64,000 nucleotides of DNA, taken from Patellaria atrata CBS 101060. Lineage: Eukaryota. Location: positions 378,623-442,622 of the forward strand of contig MU006092.1 of the NCBI GenBank assembly GCA_010093705.1, written 5' to 3'. Shown in pieces: positions 36,702 to 50,980 of this stretch. Both the position numbers and the translations under genes were made by a program. Within the stretch, counting starts at the first letter, position 1. Each line of letters starts with the position of its first letter. A model generated the notes under the pieces. The model was not told the DNA's origin. It searched no databases and saw only the letters and a list, made by a program, of their open reading frames with translations.

Positions 36702-38677
36702 ATGCGTCGAGCAGCTCTTCAAGTGTTCCGCTCTGCTCGTCGCCCGGTACTGCGAAAGCTAGTAAGGAGCCGTACATCCATTAACGTCCCTTCGAGCCAT
36801 GCATTAAGCACGCGATCGTTATCCTCACGTAGCAGAACCTCCAATATTAACTTAACCTCGTCTATGCACATCCGGCAATTCTCTATTGCTCTATTATCGG
36901 CTGCCGTTGCTACAGGAGCGTTCTATGCCTACAAAGGAAGAGAGACTCCTGAGTCGCCATTTGGTTCCTCTCCAAGCTCCGTCTCTGTATCTGGTAGTCA
37001 GACTAGGGGTTTGACTGCGTCCAATGTTTACACCACATCATCAACCGCAGGACCGAGTGCACCCTCCGAAGCAGCAGCAGATTCTGCACGAAGAGCCTTA
37101 GTTGTAGAGCAAGGTCAGTTATACACGGGCACTATCACTGGTGACGGACCTCTGTCAAAGGAGACGGATGATTATGGCAGGAAAGTCCTTGAGATGTTGA
37201 CACCGGAACAAGCAACTGAGAAACTAAGGAAAAATGAGCAATCATGGTTTGTTGGCAGGGGAAAAGGTGTCGTCCGTTATGATGTTGTCCAAATTCCCAG
37301 CAATGACCCCATTGAGGACGATCATGCCGAGAAGATTATCGAAATACCACAAACAGTTGCTGGTGCAGAGGGCAGTACAAGCAGTGACTGGATGTTCTGG
37401 GGTGTATTTGATGGTCATAGGTAAAATTTCTATAGTTCTTACTCTTAAAGCATTTGTCTAACTTCGCCTTAGTGGCTGGACAACATCAGCCAAGCTACGA
37501 CAAGTGCTAATCTCATTTGTCGCCCGCGAATTGAATTCGACATATAAATCCGCTCTCGCTGATCCCTCACTTAAGCTACCCACTGCGGAGTCCATTGATC
37601 AGGCAATCAAAAAGGGTTTTCTCCGTCTAGATCATGAAATCGTTCATGAATCTGTAGAAAAGGTTAAAAAAGCACAATCGAAACGTGTGGCCGCTGAACT
37701 TCTAGCTCCAGCTCTTTCCGGTTCTTGCGCACTGTTGTCATTTTACGATAGCAACTCGAAATTACTTAGGATTGCATGTACTGGCGATTCGCGAGCCGTT
37801 CTTGGAAGACGTACTGCGAATGGATATTGGTCTGCAACCCCTCTCTCCGTAGATCAGACGGGTGGTACTCCAGAAGAAGCTGCCCGTCTACGTAAAGAGC
37901 ACCCCGGGGAAGAAAATGTGGTTAAGAACGGCCGTGTCCTTGGTGGTCTTGAGCCTACCCGTGCATTTGGAGATGCAACCTACAAGTGGACACGGGAGAC
38001 GCAGGCGGAGCTCAAGAAGTCGTTCTTTGGCCGCACAGCATCAAGCTTACTTCGCACTCCGCCATATGTTACCGCTGAGCCAGTTGTGACGACTACTAAA
38101 GTCGATCCTCAGAGAGGAGATTTCCTTGTCATGGCTACAGATGGTCTATGGGAAATGCTCACTAATGAGGAGGTCGTTGGTCTCGTTGGCCAATGGCTAG
38201 AATCCCAAGCGGACAGTAAGACAAGAAAAACTGGAGATAAACAGGCAGGTTCTTGGCTTGGGAGCTGGTCCAACTCGCAAAAGAAAGGCCTTCCCATTGA
38301 GAAAGACTCTAGGCATGGTGACAGCAGCGGCCAGCGTGCACCAATAAGACAACAGCAATGGGGAATCGACTCTCAGGAGACTGGAAGATTTGTCGTTGAA
38401 GATAAAAATGCGGCCACGCATTTGGTCAGAAATGCTCTAGGAGGTCGTGATCGTGACCAAGTCTGCGCGCTCCTCACCCTTCCAAGCCCATTCTCGCGGA
38501 GATATAGGTACGTTTGATGCTGTTCAAAGCGGTTTCCCCAAGAACTTCAGTACTAATATGCATAGGGACGATCTCACCGTTGAAGTAATTTTCTTCGGCG
38601 AGGGCGATACTTCAGGCACCATCACACTCAATGTCGATGCCAGTGCTTCAAGCCCTAACCCTCAGGCCAAGCTCTAG
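36702..38677 (+). CDS. PTC5: PP2C phosphatase, Ptc5/pyruvate dehydrogenase phosphatase type
   Basis: Arg/Ser-rich presequence from ATG 36702. Motifs GVFDGHSGW (intron 37421-37472), GDSRAVLG, TRAFGD, MATDGLWE and RDDLTV (intron 38508-38565). Ends in AKL. Confidence 0.9.
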
Positions 38678-39226
38678 TGTTTCTTTCTACACTTTTTCGT
38701 ACAGTCGGACAAAGATAGATACCCATTTTCTCACTGCAATGGTGTTTTGGGCGTCAGCAGCGTACAAGTATGCGAATGATTGATAAAAGCCAGGCGTTGG
38801 GAGGGTAGGCATCTCTACTTAGATGTTGCGGCACAATTTTACCCTTTTGAATTATAGATGCATTTGGGCTGAAGTAGACTATTTCCAAAATCTTGAAATA
38901 TACCTGGATACGTGATAGTCTGTATAAGTACCTACGTAGTCCCATTCATGCATTTCCAGTTATTTGTACAGTAAACTACTACCTTAACACCCACAGGCTT
39001 GTAGAACCCCTGCAAGCGGCTCAGTTCAGTGACGTTCGCTTCGGAGCTGTTTTTAGCTATCGGATCTGGACCACCAGCTTGGACCCTTCATGTGGGACAG
39101 GGTCAAGATCCCAAAACTTTCTCGATAAAGAGAAAAGGCTCGTAGAAACACCGTTGGGCCGTATATACGTCCTTTGTACAATTGTTGAACTAAGTTTACC
39201 GTCACTCTTTTTATTTTCACTTCAGT

Positions 39227-40443
39227 ATGCGTTCCTCAGTCGCTACTGCCACCATCAAGCCCGAGAAGTCCCTCAGACGCACACTCATAGGGGTTCAGGA
39301 ACCAGGGAGAGTTCAAGCACCACTACCTCAGGATGAGCACGACAACTTTTTCTGGACATACACAGAAGAACCGCACCGAACGCGGCGGCAAGCTATTATA
39401 AAAGCACATCCAGAGGTCAGCTCTCCTTCAATTGCACCCCAAATCAGACCATTTGCTCACTAACAGTTACATAGGTCCTCAAACTATGCGGTCCCGAACC
39501 ATTGACAAAATACCTTGTCACCGCAGTTATGGGACTGCAAATTACCTGCGCATATCTCCTTCGCAACACCCCTGTCCTCTCCTGGCCGTTCCTCTTGACG
39601 GCGTATGTCATCGGGGCGACGGCGAACCAGAATCTCTTCCTTGCCATCCATGAAATATCGCATAATCTCGCGTTCAAATCGCCATTAGCAAACCGTATGT
39701 TCGCCGTCTTTGCCAATCTGTCCATTGGTATACCATACAGCGCTTCATTCCGTCCATACCACCTTACCCACCACAAATCCCTCGGCGTCTCTGGGTTGGA
39801 CACCGACCTTCCAACCACCCTCGAAGCCTTCTTTCTCGACTCTTTGGCCGGAAAGGCTTTCTTTTGCACCTTTCAAATCCTTTTCTACGCTTTACGGCCA
39901 ATGTTCGTCTACGTACTCCCCATTACGCGTATCCACCTTTTCAACATCGCTGTCCAGGTAGCCTTCGACTGGGTCCTCGTGCATTACGCCGGGGGGAACG
40001 CGCTGGCATATCTGATAATGTCTTCATTTTTGGCTGGATCCTTACATCCCTGTGCGGGTCATTTCATCGCGGAACATTATGTTTTTTCCCATCCATCACC
40101 CGCGCAGAAGGACCCAGCGACAGGCGCGCAGCTGCCCGAGACATACTCCTACTATGGCCCGCTGAACCTCCTAACCTACAACGTGGGTCTGCATAACGAA
40201 CACCACGACTTCCCCGCCATCCCGTGGAGCCGTCTTCCCGCTCTTCATAATATTGCGAAAGAGTTTTATGCGGAGTTGCCGCGGCATGAGAGTTGGGTTA
40301 AGGTGATGTGGCAGTTTGTGCTGGATGAGGAGGTCGGGTTGTGGTGTCGGGTTAAGCGCGCGGAAGGGGGAAGAAAGGTGGGTGGGTGGAAGGAACAAGA
40401 ACTAGGTAGTAACGAAGGGAATAGCATTGCGGGAGTGAGATGA
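39227..40443 (+). CDS. DES1: Sphingolipid delta-4 desaturase
   Basis: FFWTYTEEPHRTRR and His boxes HEISH, HLTHH and HNEHH. Intron 39416-39474. Confidence 0.95.
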
Positions 40444-41228
40444 TAAGAGGTGGGACTAGGAAAGAGGGCGTGGATAGGGCTTTATGGGATCGGTATACAG
40501 ATGATAGCTTTTTTAAAAAGATAAAAGTTTTACCTGATACCACTATTTGGTCTTCGTGTAAAGAAAATTCATAAAAGAATGTTCGGAAAAAAAGGTCGAA
40601 CTATCTTCACGTAAAAACAAAACTCGGGAACCAGATACGCTATGGTAAAAGTAATGATGGGACGTACTTACCCTTTGGGTGTTCGAGAACGGTACAGAGG
40701 AGCTTTTCCAGGATACTGGATGGTAAGATATACGCATGGGATGTATAGGGATTGTTGGCCGGTAATTTCTTGGATATGGCGCTATCTCCTTCAATAGGAG
40801 AGTAACTACCTGTCATTTTATGACCTTTTTCTATCGCGACGTTTTTCATCTACTACCCCGTACTGTGCTGTACACTACAATCACTTTGAACTCTTTGCTC
40901 CTCATACCCATAGAAATGACGAAACAAATAATGGACCCACCATGTACGTGGACTTGACGGGGATGTGAATTCTTGTTTGACCTTGTTCGTTTTGGCTATG
41001 TGAGGAAGATGATTTGGGCTTTTTCTTTGGCGATGGAGATTGACGAATGATTATCGAAACTATTTGAGTTTTGACGCAAATTGTATCTTTGATTCCATTT
41101 TAAAATAATTGCAAAGGGCATCGGGACTAATTAAAAACGAGGGACAATAAGGGGAGCCAATTAGGGTCTTCATAAACGCACTTAATAACAATGGAGGTTA
41201 AGCGGGTTTAAAACGTCATTTTATTATT

Positions 41229-42920
41229 TCATAGCTTGGATGTGGATTCCGACCTTGGTCGCCACTTTGCGTATGGGTGGTCTACGGTTGAGGGGACCAA
41301 GTGGTCGATATCAAGCGTGTTTACTAAGCTCGGGTGAACTTGTGAGAGATTGGCAATACCAATCATACGCATCGTCGTTTCGAGCTCGTCTTTCATAACT
41401 ACTGTCTATTAGTCCAGATTACATGGACTGTATCTCAAGAGCAATGAACAGCATAGTGAGTTAGAGGGTTTTAAGGAGCTAGAAAACTTACTCTCGTAAA
41501 GATGTTCTACGCCCTCGCTACCATAACTGAGGGAATAAAGGAAGGGCCTTCCCATACCTACGGCCGTAGCTCCAAGACAGAGAGCTTTGAGAATATCGGT
41601 CCCACGCCGGATCCCACCGTCTATATACACCTCCATATAATTAAAGACTTCAGGACAGCAGCGTTGAAGCTCCAACAAGACTAGGATTGCAGGCGGAGCT
41701 CTGATGAAGAATCAGCATCCAACTTTCATATATCAAACGTACAGGAATGTGAACTTACGTATCCAAACTCCGACCGCCATGGTTACTGATAACAATACCC
41801 TTACAACCGTGTTTTAGGGCCAATTTTGCATCTTCCGCACATTGAACCCCCTTAACGACCAGTGGTAGATCCGTACAACTCCTCAGCCACGCTAGATCAT
41901 CCCAGGTAAGGGATGCGTCGATATACCCACCCATAACTCGACCCAGACCGCCACCTTTAGAGTCATTCTTTGCCCTTTGTCCGCTCATGGGCGCAGATAA
42001 AGATTCATCCGCTCGTACGCGCTCATCTGATTCTCGTTTCCCAATGGTAGGGGCGTCGATAGTGACGAAAATAGCTTTGACGTTGCTGAGTGAGTTGATA
42101 GTCTTCAACAATGCCGCAGTCTTCGGACGATCCTTATTGACATACAGTTGAAAGAAAAAGGGGTGTCTTGAAGGTGCAGTGGAGACAATCTCGGTCACGG
42201 GAAAGGAGGCGCTTGTCGACACACATTGGATTATTCCAGCTGCTGCACAGGCTCTCGCTATAGCCTTTTCGCCGTCGTCGTGAGCGAGGCGCGCCATCGC
42301 AGCTGGACTCACGAAAAGGGGCATACTGACATCGCAGCCCAGAATGCGGGAGCGAGTAGAGACAGTCCGGACGTTCCGCATCAGTCGGGGACGGAACCAG
42401 ATGCGGTCGAAGAAGGACTTGTTGGCGCCATGAGTGATCAAGTCGGTTGCTGCGGAGGAGTAGAAAGCCCAGGTCTTCTTCGAAAGGGTCCGGGATGCTA
42501 CTTCTTCGAAGTCGTAGCTGTTAATGATACTGCTGAGCGGCGGCTTCTCGTAGAGTGCGAATTGAGGGGTCTTCGATGGAGGAGGTTTGGTCCAGTCCTC
42601 TGTGATAGTCTTGGTATCGAGTTGGCCTATTAACTTTGATGCGTCTAGGTTATCGGAAAGGACAGAGGGAGAGTGGATGGCGTTATACTCGGTGGATGCA
42701 TCTTGACCAGCACATTTCAGAATGACTGTATGACAGACACGTCAGAAGTCAATTGCATTCATGACACAAAGATAACATGTACCGTACCCTCAGCACCACC
42801 AGGATGTTCTGGGGCAAATTCAGTCAGGTCCCAGACCTTACCGTCTACGACGAGCCAACAACTATCAGATGATGCATGTTTTTTGATCTCCTTCACTGAC
42901 ACGAGCTTTTGCTCCCCCAT
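41229..42920 (-). CDS. Flavocytochrome b2-like FMN-dependent alpha-hydroxy acid dehydrogenase
   Basis: Cytochrome b5 domain (HPGG) and FMN domain ([27 protein letters not shown]). Introns 42726-42787, 41701-41758 and 41399-41491. Ends in SKL. Confidence 0.92.
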
Positions 42921-43440
42921 TCTGATGTCGAATCCTAAGTTATTGATCAGAATAGCTGTCCTAAGCATATGGAGTCACTATTTGAAGGGCCATCGGGATA
43001 CGGATCGGGTAAACATCATTGGGAGGCGAACTTCGCTTTATATTCGCCCGAACGACGTCGTGAAGCCGCAAGGTGAGGATACGCAGAGGACTCTATCAAT
43101 ATATCATTTCAAAAACCATATTCGTGAATAGAACAACATCCAATATGTTCAAGGACATGAATAATTGTCTGTACAGCGAAGGGAGATGTTTTTGTACGAA
43201 TTCCCCTATCCTGTACCGAGCACGTTGAAATACAGTTTTACCCCATGAACGGCGGAGTACGGAGCGGCTGTTCTACACCCTAAAAGATCATACAATTGTG
43301 ATGGCATATTGAGAGCACCAATAATCATTATCACATCTTTATGAGTCCCTCCATCCCCCCCAACTCTTGGCTTACCTCTAGAACTTCTAGCTATCCCATT
43401 ACGGTAAGTCTTTCAATACTTAACTCGACTGCATCATTGA

Positions 43441-45085
<1,645 letters not shown>

Positions 45086-46231
45086 CTCACGTAGGCGTTT
45101 ATCAATGTATAACTTAATTTATCCCCTTAGTAGAAAACTAATTATCATACAGATTTAAGAATGCTGCCGCAATATCTGTGTAGCCGCTCTTACTGTTCGC
45201 TCGACTCATCACCACATTTAGCAACGTGACAGCCCTATTGAAACCTGGACCTCCCGAGATATGGGTCATCAAAGGCATCCTTACACATATCTACAAGTTC
45301 GCACAAACGCAGTTAGTAAATCCCGCCTTAACACTCACTTAAAACCCCAACTTCCAGCCCTCATGCTCTTCCCTCTTTCAAAACCCTTCACCTTAACTCC
45401 CTCTCCTTCACCGTACCCGTTTGTCAACAAACCCCTCCCACCAGAACCCCATCCAAACCTCCTACACTTGCTCAAAGGGCAAAACCCATCACTCCACCTG
45501 AAGCCCTCTTCTCTCCTCCACCCGCAACTCTCACCATCCATTCACCATCGCGCCACCTCTCCCACACCATCAAATCCAACCACTTTACCCCTATCTCTCT
45601 TCCCGTAAATCATCCTCCACGAACCGCCCACCAATGAGACCCCCTCCCCCCATCCTAATCAAAATGCCGCCAATACAACCCCCGCACCTCTCACCCCTCC
45701 CCGTCTCGAAACCCCCGAGGACATCCTTTCACACCTACACGCGGCCATCGACGAGACCCTCGCTGCGTACCGCTCTTCTTTCCTCCGGAGACGGATATCT
45801 GACGCCGGTCTCTGGAGCCGGAGGACTGGGTTTCCGTACGCGGCTACAATGCCGTACTGGGTCCGGAACAGGCGGGGGACGGGGAGGTGTATGTGAAGCC
45901 GCTGTCGCCTGTTCCCGGGGAGGAAAGAGGGGGGTAGTAGGTCGGTACGTAGCAGAGAGCCGTCTCCTTAGGCCCGGATGAGAAATGTGGGAGCCGTGCC
46001 GAGTCTAGAGAAACCGGCTAAGATGGGGGGTTTGCGCCGCAATGTCTTGGGCGCCAAGAGGGTACGTACGATTCCTTCTCCCTAATCCGCAGCACAGTTT
46101 TCAGTTCTCAGTTTCTGTCAGGATCAGCGCTGATACGGTACGATGCGATACAGGTGGCCAGCGATCCGCTGCGGCATGCGGACCTTGCTGCTTTTCTGAA
46201 GGCGAGGACGTAGTTCTGGCGTGGTTGGCGT

Positions 46232-46362
46232 TCTGTTTCGGTTCGGTTCGGTTCGGTGCGGTTGTGTTGGTTTCATTTTGGATCTGGTACGGCGTTTGGT
46301 TTGGCGTTTGGTTTCGGTTCGTTCCGGTTCGGTGTGGTATCTTCGGTTCCGGTACGGTATCT
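46232..46362. repeat. Degenerate pentanucleotide (GGTTC/GGTTT-like) microsatellite
   Basis: TTTCGGTTCGGTTCGGTTCGGTGCGGTTG...GGTTTGGCGTTTGGTTTCGGTTCGTTCCGGTTCGG. Confidence 0.6.
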
Positions 46363-46738
46363 TCATCCATGATACCAGTACAGTCCCCTGCGGTACAGAT
46401 CCTTACAGTTCGACGCCTCATACAAGCTGTTAGCCATCATAATTGGGCTCCCTTAGCATTCCGCGTCTCGTCATGCGAACCAAAGTCTCGGTCCTATATC
46501 CAATATACTCATATCAAGTGATAAAACGTGGTGGACCTAACAGTTATTGCCCTATCTTCTATATATACACCTATTTCGAAACAAATAGCCTTAATCCCTC
46601 CCTTATACAATCTACGTAGAAACGCCTCGGTGTTCGTGATTACAGGATTTTCCATCTCCATCTACCTTACATCACCACTCCACTCTCCTTCCCCTCCACC
46701 AGCACTATTTCCAGTATACACTCCACCACCCCACTCAC

Positions 46739-49101
46739 TCACCTCGCCCCCTGCACCGGCATCTGATTCAACACCTCAGCCGCAAACCCATCCTTACTAC
46801 TGACACCCCTCAAATCCCACGTCGGACGCAACTGATCCCTCAAATCGTCTCTACTGGTAACGACCTCCTTCGGGATCCTAGAGACCCTATACGCACCATT
46901 TCTCAAGCTGTGGAGCTGGACCTGACTCATACCGGACCTATTACTGCGAATGCTACCCGCATCGGAGCCGTTGTCGCCGCCGCGGAAGCGCGGTGGAGGC
47001 GCGAAGTCGAGGGCGGTGAAGGTTTTGGAGTTGCGAAGGAGATGGCTGTGGTTGTGTTAGTTGGGTACATTGTTTTGATAAAATTTCGTGGGGTGAGGGG
47101 AGTGTGACTTACGGGCTTGGTACTGGACTTAATTCCTCAAAGGGGCTCGCGAGGGGGATATGCGGGCTCACTGCTGGACTATACGGTCTTCGGATATTTC
47201 CCATCGGGCTATCTGGTCTCCTCCCCTGTTGGCGATCCCTGAACGTCGTCGGGGGCGCAAAGTCAAGTGGATTGAATAGCGCGACATTATCGTCCTTCAA
47301 CAAATGCGGGGTAGGGAGAGACTTGAGCTCGGAGGGAGGCGGCATGGGACGTCTAGGTTGAGGCTGACGCGGTCCCGGACCACGGTAGTTGCTCATCGAG
47401 GAGTTACCACGGGGAGGGATGTAGCTGGGCTGGGAGCCGCTTGAGGAACGGCCGCGTGTTGCTGGGTCAGCGCCACGGAAGCGTGGTGGTGCACGAGGGG
47501 GAGGAGTCATGGCGCGACGCATGACGGGTTCGGCATAGGGAGCTTGGGCGACAACAAATTGACCGGTTGCCGGGTCGAAGATGGCACCGTCGCTGAGAAA
47601 CTCTTGGCCGTAGTCTTCATAGTAGGCGGTCTGTTGGTTGATACGGGGATCGGGCTTTGAGTCGTCGAAATACTCCTTGTAGAAAGAGCGGATACGGTTG
47701 GCACGTTGTTCTGGGTTATCCGCAGGGTCATCCGGTGGTAGAGGACGGACGCTCATAGATAGTCTCTTTGAACTGTAATCAAGTTCTGCCACTCCCAAGC
47801 CTACAGGTTGCTCATGCTCATCGATAACGGCCATAGGAGCTTCCGTGGATTGTCTTCTGGGAGAGGGAGGCGTAATCTGGAACCCATCACCGTAGTCGCT
47901 TGAGTCGCTCATGAAGCTAGTCGTATTAGGGTTATGGACAGAAGCTTGCATGGACTGGAGCCTCGGGGGACGGTGGTCTGATGACCTATTAGCTATCGCT
48001 ACAGGAGTGGGCTTCGCAACCTCAGCATTTGGAAGTTCAGCAGGAGACTGTGAAACAGTTGAAGTCCGAGAAGCATCCATCTCGACGACATGGTTGTCAC
48101 GAGAAGCGTCCCGGCTATGGATGAAGGCGCCGAGGTAGTTGTTGCTTGCACGTAACGCGTTGGCGTTCTTATCAAAGTAAGAGTCTCTCGACAGATCATT
48201 GGTACCAGGCGCTAACCCTCCGTTAGTTGACTGCTTCGGGGATGAATTTGAAGGTGACTGTTGGTGAGTGGGTTCTGGAAGGTTTAACCGAGGAGCATCA
48301 TAATGATCCTGGGCGTCTCCTCCAAGCGGAAATGAGTGAGACATCCGTTGGGCATTCTTCAGGAGACTGCCGTTCATTTTGCTACTATCGTCACTGTGTC
48401 CAGTATAAATCGAGGCATTATCCGCTTTGATCTTAGGAAGAGATCGGATGGATGCTCCGTCGTCGTTCTTTAAGAAACCAACCGGACGATAGGGATCCTC
48501 GTGGTCATGCATGGAGCGGGAAAGTGAGTGGAAAGATTCTCTAGAGCCATGGAGATGCGCTGGGAGGAGGTATGGACTTCCAAGCATATCCATTGATAAG
48601 CCGCGACCACGCATTGATTTTTCAGTATCCTGCAAAGACATTTCCGGAGGGCCTCCTTTACCCTTCTTCTTTTTCTTCCCCTGAGGTTCAGGCATTGGAT
48701 CCATACCAAAGTCGAGTGACTTATGCTTATCATTAATTTCCTCTTCTCTTTGTTTCTTTACATGACGACGGTGCATGAAGATTAAAAGGACGATAGCTAG
48801 AACAAGAGGGACGCTAGAACTTGGGTTAGTATGGTAATGTGGCGGAAGTGAAGTTTACCTACGCTACAGAAAGTGCGATTGGAAGTGCCATGCTTCCGGT
48901 AGGTTTCTCGCAGACGTTCCTTGTGTCTCCCTCGCTGCATGTCGCGCGCGACTCGGTCTCAGTTGTAGATGCAGCTCGTGGTTCTAAAGCAGGAGTGGGA
49001 GGGTCGTGGTGAGCTAACTGCAAAGGACGGAAGACATTTCGAGGACTTGGAGTCCTCTTCACATGGTGAAAGGCCATATGATTGTGGTGTCGGTGTTCCA
49101 T
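46739..49101 (-). CDS. Conserved fungal single-pass membrane protein, unknown function
   Basis: CEKP...LPIALSVAVPLVLAIVLLIFMHRRHVKK TM segment, then RANRIRSFYKEYF and a Pro-rich tail. Introns 48814-48862 and 47046-47112. Confidence 0.82.
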
Positions 49102-50980
49102 CGCGTTAATTCTTCGATCGGGTTGGCCAGAAGTTTACCAACAGAAACAAGATGGCTTGGTTCGAGGATAGAGCAATTGTATCGACAACGTGGGTATATT
49201 TGACCGAAATCCAGCCTTGATCAAATGAAGAGAGATTCTAAATAGATATTACAGCGTAAAGTCGTTATGGCGAGGGTCGTTATTATCGCTTGACTGTGCA
49301 GAGGCTGATTAAGGAGTGATTAAACGCGAACAACAGAGCCGACAAGACAACAACAGCAATAGCTAAGGTACCTCTCCTATTAGTGAAAAGAATGACTTGG
49401 GTAAGTTAATGTTAAAAGAGTGACTGATCCAAAGCTGGACCTGAACTGACGCTGTCCTCAGCGCACCTGGAGATAGTCTTGCGAGCAGGTTGCGGAGTTG
49501 AGGATGAGGAAGTCAAGAGAGAAAGGAAGCAGCAGTTGCCAGTTGGGTCTGGGCTGCAGTGATGGGCGGAAGGGAGAAGGTGCGGTTGGCTCCCGGCGTT
49601 CTTTCCCAAGACACGGCTAAGGAGCTTGAAGCAATCCGAGTGAGATTTTTGATTGGCGCGTACCTGACCAGATTCGCAGATCCCTGTTCTTGTTGTATCT
49701 GGGATTTGTGGACTCGTGACTGGTCAAACACAAAATTAGCACAAATTGATCTCGAAGACAAAGAAACTTTCAAACATTTCTCCATTATTCAATCTGAGTC
49801 CATCATATAAACTCTCAACACTATTTGGACTTTATATCTTCAAGACACAACATGATTCCCGTCCAACTGTATAACTCTGAGGGCACTCGCACAAGATACA
49901 AAATTCACGCTATGACTTGCACAAGACCAACGCCTTGCGTAATAGGGTAAGCGCCTCATGATGCAAGCATCCCCTTAGCCACGAGGGTGCCTAATCGGGT
50001 TTAACTCAGGTACTGTACCGGCGGCTCTAGCTTCTCTAACCCCTTCATAAAGAAAAAGAAGAAAATAGATTGCCCAGAGCTGCAGCCACAACTCCAACGG
50101 CTTTTGGCGTTTTCGTTATCTTTTTATCAAGGTAAGATCAATTTCTTCCTCCAGTACCGAAGGTCAAGTGAAGTCTTTTATATACATCGAACGGGATCAA
50201 AGATAGAAATTGTAACTGTAACCGTACAGTGTATTCGCAGAACTATAAAGCCCTCGTCTCATTGTCGACCCCGTACCTCGACCCTCGCGTGTGGCCATGT
50301 GCAACACCCGACCCATACCCTCATTTCGCTTCCGCTCTGTTGCATTTGCACTGTTTTACAGCATGTTTCCAGTATCATAATACAGTAAATTTATTCCGCA
50401 TTATGCCACACCCTAGTCAAACAACTTAAACAAGGAGCCTCATCTAGGCCTCTGTTTCGTGGCTTGTGTAGCTTCGGGGTTACCATCCTCGATCAATCAA
50501 ACTGGGTTGTTGTGATTATCACTTTATCCGCCCTTGTCTTATCGAGTACATTAGGTATGACGACAGTATGATACTGCACTCTGAATTTCACGATGAATAC
50601 TGGGAGAGAAGTTGAGATTTGATATGAGGCAGGATAAAATATCTGTTTGGTTCACACAACCACCACCTATAAAGGTCACCGTAGAAATTCAACGAGTTGG
50701 TTGGTCCTAAGTCTGGACTGTTAGGCAACAACGTATTCTAAAGGCCTATTATACGGTACTTCTGAGCGAAGTTTCTGTAGTATCTCATCATAATAAGTAA
50801 CGTTTTCCTAGTCAAACATACTTTCCTAAACACATCGATCTGATTCCTGAGGATGGAGCTAATACGCAGCAACACGCAGAAACCATAGAGTTATCGCTCA
50901 AGAATATCGCCACTCTCCACGCTTTTCTCACTCCCCTCAACAATTCTCTACCCCTTTCTCACTCCCACCACCCACAACCA

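Noticed and set aside
45261..46521. Pro-rich and repeat-derived ORFs (45261-45608, 45634-45981, 46101-46421)
   Set aside because: The C/G-skew island and the pentamer microsatellite explain them, and I found no coherent splice model. A small orphan gene cannot be fully excluded.
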